A stretch of DNA of 64,000 bases from Bacteroidales bacterium (GTDB taxonomy: Bacteria > Bacteroidota > Bacteroidia > Bacteroidales > UBA1556). Both the position numbers and the translations under genes were made by a program. How positions within the stretch are numbered: position 1 is the first letter of the stretch; each line of letters begins with the position of its first letter. Location: the NCBI GenBank assembly GCA_023146135.1, contig JAGLCR010000042.1, positions 7,857 to 71,856 on the forward strand, given 5' to 3'. Positions 58,386 to 64,000 of this stretch are shown piece after piece. The notes beneath the pieces were generated by a model. The model had not been told where the DNA came from, made no database searches, and saw nothing but the letters and a program-made list of their open reading frames with translations.

Positions 58386-58525
58386 AGTTTTGGTATTTTT
58401 CTAAAAACAAATGCAATTAATGGACTAGGATTTATTACAACGCATTATTCTCTAGTATTAGACTATTTGTTATATTTGCTGTCGAATAATAATAAATTAT
58501 TGAAATCCAGTTTGTTAATCTGCCT

Positions 58526-61033
58526 ATGAGAATTATTAAATTTATATCGATAGTTTTTTTTCTTTCCATGGGTCTTTATTCCCATGCCCAGCCGCAAAGT
58601 TTGGGTAATGGACTATATTGTTATAATTTTCCTGGGACTGCAACTAATAATATTTATAATTTTAATGCTGATATTGTTACTGATGCATCGGGAAATATAT
58701 GGGTTGCTAAAAAGTCTTTTGGTGTATTGAAGTTTGATGGAGTAATGTGGAGTGGCTATTTCAATAGAGCGAATGGAAGCTTACCTTCTGATACAGTAAA
58801 TTGTATGGAAATTGAAGGGAATGCTATTTACGTTGGAACGGTAAATGGTTTAGCGGTTTACGACGGAATGAATTGGAGCCAATATACCATGGCAAATGCT
58901 GGTTTGCCAGATAGTTCTGTGAGCTGTATCTCTGTTTTAAATGCTAATATTTGGATTGGAACAAATAATGGTTTAAGCCATAAGGTGGGTAATAATTGGG
59001 TAAATTATAATTCTAACAACTCCCCTCTGCCAAATGATAATATTTACAGTATATCACAATCGAATAATGGAGATTTGTGGGTTGCAAGTCAAAGTGGTTT
59101 ATTTCAATTTGATGGAAGTAGTTGGATCGTTTTTAATACCCAAAACTCAAATATAGGTCATAATAATATATTGGATGCTTGTGTGGATAATGCCAATTAT
59201 TTATGGGTAAATGTGGACAGTGTAGGGCTTTACAAACTGGAGTTGAACACCTTTGAACCCGTGGAGGATTTATTCCCTCCATATATAATTAACCCCTCAA
59301 CTAGTAAAATAGAGAAAAGCCCTATTGAAGGGGTTAGCCACTTTGTACCGACTAATTATTATCAGCATTATCATAGTTTATTTTCATTTGGGCAACAATT
59401 AATACGTTACAATAATAAGCAGCTCAATATAAAGTATTTTACGGAGGATGCTAATAATTATTGGTTTTTGCCTTTGTTTGGTAATAAATTGTATCGCTTT
59501 AAGAAGAGTGAAGTTGATACTTATATGAAGCAAGTGATTATTGATGCAAATAATATTCATGCAGGTATTTGTAATCGGGGTTTGTTATTCAATGATGAAT
59601 TTGCACACGGTAGTTATTTTGAAGCACCAGCCGGAAGTGATAAATCGACTGTTTATGGCACAAACCTGTGGGTGGCTGCTAAAGACCAAAATGGAGCGCT
59701 TCATACTTCAGTAGAGTCTTCTGGTCATTATGAATTAATATGGAGTGCTGGGCCTGTGATGGATTCTGTATGGTATAAAATAGAAGCAGATAAATGGAGC
59801 GAACCATGGAAGGTGTATAGATCGGAAGTTAACTACCATATATTGCATTGGCAAGATGGGAATTATCAAATTCCTCAATCGATTAGTGAATGGCCCGGAA
59901 ATGGAGATACTACAAAAGGGCAAACTTTTCAAATAGCTCCTTTTGTTGATATTAATTTCAATGGTATTTACGAGCCTCAAAGTGGAGACTATCCTCAGTT
60001 TTGTGGTGATCAAGCCATTTTCTTTATCTTTAACGATGATCGGTTATGGAAAAATTCGATAGGACAACATATGAAAGTTGAAGTGCAGGCAATGGCTTAT
60101 GAGTTTAATGCTCACTTTGACTCAGCTTTGTACAACACCTTGTTTATCAATTATAAAATTGTTAATCGTTCGGATAATGATTACGATAGCTTATACTTAG
60201 GCATATTTAGTGATTTTGATATTTGGTACGCACATGACGATTATATTGGTACAGATTCTACCCTTTCTTTAATTTATGGCTATAATGCTAACAATAGAGA
60301 TTTTTTTATTAACGATTCTAATCCTCCGGCAACGGGTATTGCTTTCTTAAATAAACCACTGACAAACTCAATGCCTACCAATTCTTTTTCCAATCAGTTT
60401 TTTCCAGATAATGATAGTGAATATTTCGATTTTATGCAATCAGTGTTTCCAAATGGCAACCACTTATACTATGGTGGTCATGGAATTGATTCAAATAAGT
60501 TTACAAATTATATTTATTCTGGTTTACCTTCAGATACCAACCAGTGGAGTGAAGTTTCGAATAAATCAAATCCTTATGACAGAAAAATATTAGGCTCAAC
60601 AGGCTCCTATAATTTGATGAAAGATAGCTCAATAAATTTGGACTGGGCAATTATTTATGCTCGTAATTTTGCCGATACCAATGCATATATGGCAGTTGAT
60701 GTTTTATTGCAGCGAACCAGCTCCATACAAGCTTTTTATCAAAATCATTTAGCAGACCATTGTGTCAATGGATATACAAGTATCAATCCTCATGAATTGG
60801 ATAAAGATGTGTTACTATATCCCAACCCTGCCTATTCGAAAATATATATTAATTCTTCTGATAATAAAATTCAAAGCCTTGAAATTTTCGATATTACTGC
60901 TAAAAAACTTATCCATTTGGAATCTATTTCTCAAGCCTATGGAATTGATATCAGTAGTTTAAGTACAGGAATGTATTTTATAAGAATTAAGATTGATAAT
61001 CAGTTTATTGTAAAGAAATTTATCAAAAGATAA
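58526..61033 (+). CDS. T9SS-secreted protein: propeller repeats, uncharacterised middle domain, type A CTD
   Basis: Signal peptide; (W/Y)xGT..GL propeller repeats; YPNPA..GMYFIRI..KKFIK CTD. Confidence 0.85.
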   Translation: MRIIKFISIVFFLSMGLYSHAQPQSLGNGLYCYNFPGTATNNIYNFNADIVTDASGNIWVAKKSFGVLKFDGVMWSGYFNRANGSLPSDTVNCMEIEGNAIYVGTVNGLAVYDGMNWSQYTMANAGLPDSSVSCISVLNANIWIGTNNGLSHKVGNNWVNYNSNNSPLPNDNIYSISQSNNGDLWVASQSGLFQFDGSSWIVFNTQNSNIGHNNILDACVDNANYLWVNVDSVGLYKLELNTFEPVEDLFPPYIINPSTSKIEKSPIEGVSHFVPTNYYQHYHSLFSFGQQLIRYNNKQLNIKYFTEDANNYWFLPLFGNKLYRFKKSEVDTYMKQVIIDANNIHAGICNRGLLFNDEFAHGSYFEAPAGSDKSTVYGTNLWVAAKDQNGALHTSVESSGHYELIWSAGPVMDSVWYKIEADKWSEPWKVYRSEVNYHILHWQDGNYQIPQSISEWPGNGDTTKGQTFQIAPFVDINFNGIYEPQSGDYPQFCGDQAIFFIFNDDRLWKNSIGQHMKVEVQAMAYEFNAHFDSALYNTLFINYKIVNRSDNDYDSLYLGIFSDFDIWYAHDDYIGTDSTLSLIYGYNANNRDFFINDSNPPATGIAFLNKPLTNSMPTNSFSNQFFPDNDSEYFDFMQSVFPNGNHLYYGGHGIDSNKFTNYIYSGLPSDTNQWSEVSNKSNPYDRKILGSTGSYNLMKDSSINLDWAIIYARNFADTNAYMAVDVLLQRTSSIQAFYQNHLADHCVNGYTSINPHELDKDVLLYPNPAYSKIYINSSDNKIQSLEIFDITAKKLIHLESISQAYGIDISSLSTGMYFIRIKIDNQFIVKKFIKR

Positions 61034-61036
61034 AGT

Positions 61037-63112
61037 ATGAAACAGATAGCTATATTTCTTTTTTTGATGGTAGCAGTTTGGTTTAATAGCTTCCAACTAA
61101 GTGCTCAATCTTGGTCATATATTCAAGGTTCCAATAGTCCTTCTTCAATTGTAAAAGATACTCAGCATCAAATCTGGATAACATATACGGATGGTTTAGC
61201 AAAATTGGACTCCAGTGGTTTTCAAATCTTTGAACAGCCATTTATCTGGGGTAAAAGTGCTGCTGATGCATATGGTAATATTTGGACCGCAGCATATAGT
61301 GGGTTTTTATACCGATTCGATGGGCAGATATGGACAAAATATACTATGCCAAAATCATATATTGGAATTTCGAGTATAAGTATTAGTAATACTGGAGTAG
61401 TATGGATAGGAACCTTTCAGGAAGGGCTTTATCGCTTCGAAAATGGCAACTGGACTAATTATGATTCATACTGGACACCTACTGGAACGTATTACTTTTC
61501 GAGTGTAAATACTCTTGCAATAGATACAAGCAATATTGTTTATTTTAGTACTAATGACGATCTTTTCACGGCAAATGAAGCTGCTACAGTTTTTCATTTG
61601 ATTGATGATAGTGTAAGTCAGATTCAATCCAATATAACAAGAATGTGCTTTGATAATACAGGCAAGAAATGGTTTGGAACTCAGGGCAACGGTCTTATTT
61701 GTATTGATGCTGATAGTGTTTATCATTACAATCAAAGTAATAGTTCAATTGGAAATTATATTTACGAAATTGCTGTTTCGGAAGATGGAGCAATTTTTAC
61801 ACATAGCTCAAAGGGTTTTATCAAAAAAGAGGATAGTATCTACACTATTATTAATACACAGACTTCTGGTTTTGGTGGAACTTATGGTATGCAGATAGAT
61901 ACGAATGAAGTAATTTGGACTGCGAAAGAAAATGGGCTTTATTTGATTGATAATAATGTAACTTTATTTCCACGTGAGTATGGTCCCGATTTATACTATA
62001 TAAATGCCATTGAGTTTGATAGCCAAGGAAAAGCATGGGTTGGTGCTTCTCCAGATAATTATAATTATAACCGTATATCTGTCTTTGATGGTTCTAATTG
62101 GATATATTACGATTACTTAAATTCAGGACTTATAGTCAGCTCTGTAAACTGCATTAAAGAAGATAATCAGGATAATATTTGGATTGCTAACACAAATTCA
62201 CTTGTGAAATTTGACGGCACGAATTTCATAAATAAATTTTTTACAACTTATGGATTGCCACAGCTTGGAGTTAAGGATATTGCTGTTGATGCTAACGATA
62301 TAAAGTGGTTTGCGACATATGATGGTGTACGCGCATTTAATGATACACTATTTACAAGTTATACTACCTTAAACGGACTATATAACGACAATGTTTTGAC
62401 GGCCTTTGTAGATAACCAAAATAATAAGTGGTTTGGTACAGCAAATGGTGTTGCAATGTTTGATGGAGTAAACTGGACTATAGACACCACAAATGGAATT
62501 ACAAATCTTGGACGTATTACTGCGATTAACCAAGACAATAATGGTGAGATGTGGTTTGCAACAAGTGGTGCTACCATAAATAACTCAAACTGGATTTACA
62601 AATATGATGGTAATCAATGGTGGACTTTTGCTGCCTCCGACAATGTAAACCAAATCTATTTTGATAATATTGGAAATAAATGGTTTGTGGAAGATGATGG
62701 GATTTCCATTCTTAATCAGTTTGGCTGGATTCATTATAACTCCCCCAATGATTTATTGTTTACTTCTCCCAAATGCTTGACTAAGAATCCTAATGGAGAA
62801 TTATGGATTGGCTGTTTTGAAGGGATAAGTGTATTTAATGGCAATCCACTTGGAATTGCTCCCAGCAAGATTGAAAATGATAATAAGGCTTTCCTAATTT
62901 ATCCAAACCCTAGCACAGGTAATATTACGTTAAAAAGCAAATACAAAATGTCTTCCATTGAAATTTATGATTTGAACGGTCGCCTTTTATTGTCAAAATT
63001 GGTGGAAGGAATGGAAGCTACATTAAGCCTAGAAGATTTCCCTAAAGGCGTTTATTTAATCAGAGCAATAGGGCCGAAAATAAGCTATATGCGTAAGATT
63101 ATATTAAAGTAA
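61037..63112 (+). CDS. T9SS-secreted two-component-regulator-propeller protein
   Basis: Repeated D..G.xWxxT..G units; YPNPS..GVYLIR..KIILK CTD. Confidence 0.85.
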   Translation: MKQIAIFLFLMVAVWFNSFQLSAQSWSYIQGSNSPSSIVKDTQHQIWITYTDGLAKLDSSGFQIFEQPFIWGKSAADAYGNIWTAAYSGFLYRFDGQIWTKYTMPKSYIGISSISISNTGVVWIGTFQEGLYRFENGNWTNYDSYWTPTGTYYFSSVNTLAIDTSNIVYFSTNDDLFTANEAATVFHLIDDSVSQIQSNITRMCFDNTGKKWFGTQGNGLICIDADSVYHYNQSNSSIGNYIYEIAVSEDGAIFTHSSKGFIKKEDSIYTIINTQTSGFGGTYGMQIDTNEVIWTAKENGLYLIDNNVTLFPREYGPDLYYINAIEFDSQGKAWVGASPDNYNYNRISVFDGSNWIYYDYLNSGLIVSSVNCIKEDNQDNIWIANTNSLVKFDGTNFINKFFTTYGLPQLGVKDIAVDANDIKWFATYDGVRAFNDTLFTSYTTLNGLYNDNVLTAFVDNQNNKWFGTANGVAMFDGVNWTIDTTNGITNLGRITAINQDNNGEMWFATSGATINNSNWIYKYDGNQWWTFAASDNVNQIYFDNIGNKWFVEDDGISILNQFGWIHYNSPNDLLFTSPKCLTKNPNGELWIGCFEGISVFNGNPLGIAPSKIENDNKAFLIYPNPSTGNITLKSKYKMSSIEIYDLNGRLLLSKLVEGMEATLSLEDFPKGVYLIRAIGPKISYMRKIILK

Positions 63113-63237
63113 TTGCTTCGAATTAAAAACAAAGCTCGTTTATTCAACTCAAGAAATTGTTAATAAGTAAACTTCTATATCAATTTCTATAATTCTACAT
63201 TTGTTCACTTAATTCAATTGATAGCATTAAAGTAAGA

Positions 63238-64000
63238 ATGAGGAATTTCTTTAAAATACTATGGGTCTTAATATTTGTTTTGCTTTTTGAAGGCGCTACA
63301 GCACAGAGGTTTGTAAAAAGTGAAAAACCCGACCCTAAGTTTGCTAAGCTATGTATGCAATACAATAATTATTATGATGCTTTAACGGAGTATCAACGAT
63401 TGTTAAAGCGTGACCCCAATAACTTACTATATCATTATAATTCTGGAATATGTCATCTTAAATTGAATAAGGATAAGTCATTGGCTATTCCAGAGTTTTT
63501 ATGGGTTTTGGAGCAGGAAAAATATGATATGCAAGTATGGTATTATTTGGGAGTAGCGTATTTATCCGAAAATGAGTATGATAAAGCTATTGAAAGTTTT
63601 GAGAGATATCAGACTTTAATTGAAAAAGATGAAAATCGTATTCCCGCATCACGAATGATTCAACTGTGTGAAAACGCCAAAATTTCAATTTCCAATCCTG
63701 TGCCTGTGGAAATTAGTAATTTGGGGAAACATATTAACACGCTTTATCCTGAGTTTAACCCCTATGTGCCAGCTAATGAAACTATGCTGATATTTAACAG
63801 CCAAAGGAAAACAAGATATCGAGCAGAGGATGGTTATTATCCATCTGATTTATACCTGTCCTACTTTAAGTTTGGTCGGTATCGTCGTACGAAGCGTTTT
63901 TCAGGGGTAATCAACTCTTCGGATATCGAAAAAGTTGTGGGGATAACACCTAATGGTGCCACCATGTTTGTTTATACACGTGAGATGTTTGACGATAAGG
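63238..64000 (+). CDS. TPR plus PD40/TolB-like propeller protein (PorE/OmpA-type architecture), 3'-truncated; absent from the ORF track
   Basis: Open frame MRNFFKILW... with signal peptide, TPRs (WYYLGVAY..YDKAIESF) and NLGKHINTLYPEFNP PD40 repeat; -7 box at 63196-63203. Confidence 0.82.
   Translation, partial: MRNFFKILWVLIFVLLFEGATAQRFVKSEKPDPKFAKLCMQYNNYYDALTEYQRLLKRDPNNLLYHYNSGICHLKLNKDKSLAIPEFLWVLEQEKYDMQVWYYLGVAYLSENEYDKAIESFERYQTLIEKDENRIPASRMIQLCENAKISISNPVPVEISNLGKHINTLYPEFNPYVPANETMLIFNSQRKTRYRAEDGYYPSDLYLSYFKFGRYRRTKRFSGVINSSDIEKVVGITPNGATMFVYTREMFDDK

Noticed and set aside
54-62577. Numerous 60-130 aa alternative-frame and antisense ORFs in the track
   Set aside because: They lie within well-supported genes and show no motifs or independent expression signals

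Overview
AT-rich Bacteroidota chromosomal segment; many TAnnTTTG -7 promoter boxes and T9SS CTD proteins support the phylum call. 1-19.8 kb is the distal part of an aryl-polyene/flexirubin-type type II PKS/glycolipid cluster arranged as two convergent operons. 21-23 kb is a 2 kb integrase-less hipBA islet bounded by a perfect 55-bp direct repeat at the 3' end of tRNA-Arg(UCU), next to tRNA-Pro(UGG). 23-36 kb holds housekeeping and envelope genes (SDR, paralogous OM barrels, csp, rhlE, DUF2975/HTH, porin, S9 peptidase, recA, bcp). 36.2-42.8 kb is an accessory zone upstream of bcp-recA with a duplicated bcp promoter/leader, a HEPN-motif gene, several REP-like hairpin families and an AAA+/DUF4143 ATPase preceded by a 32-bp operator-like tandem array. 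A LytS/LytTR pair follows, then an 11-subunit complex I-like nuoA-D,H-N operon lacking nuoEFG that ends in an extra 109-aa gene and has an upstream Fur-like box. The window ends with a GT2/pseudo-PGT fusion, two T9SS cargo propeller proteins and a truncated TPR-PD40 gene. All calls come from motif recognition by eye; no database searches were run.
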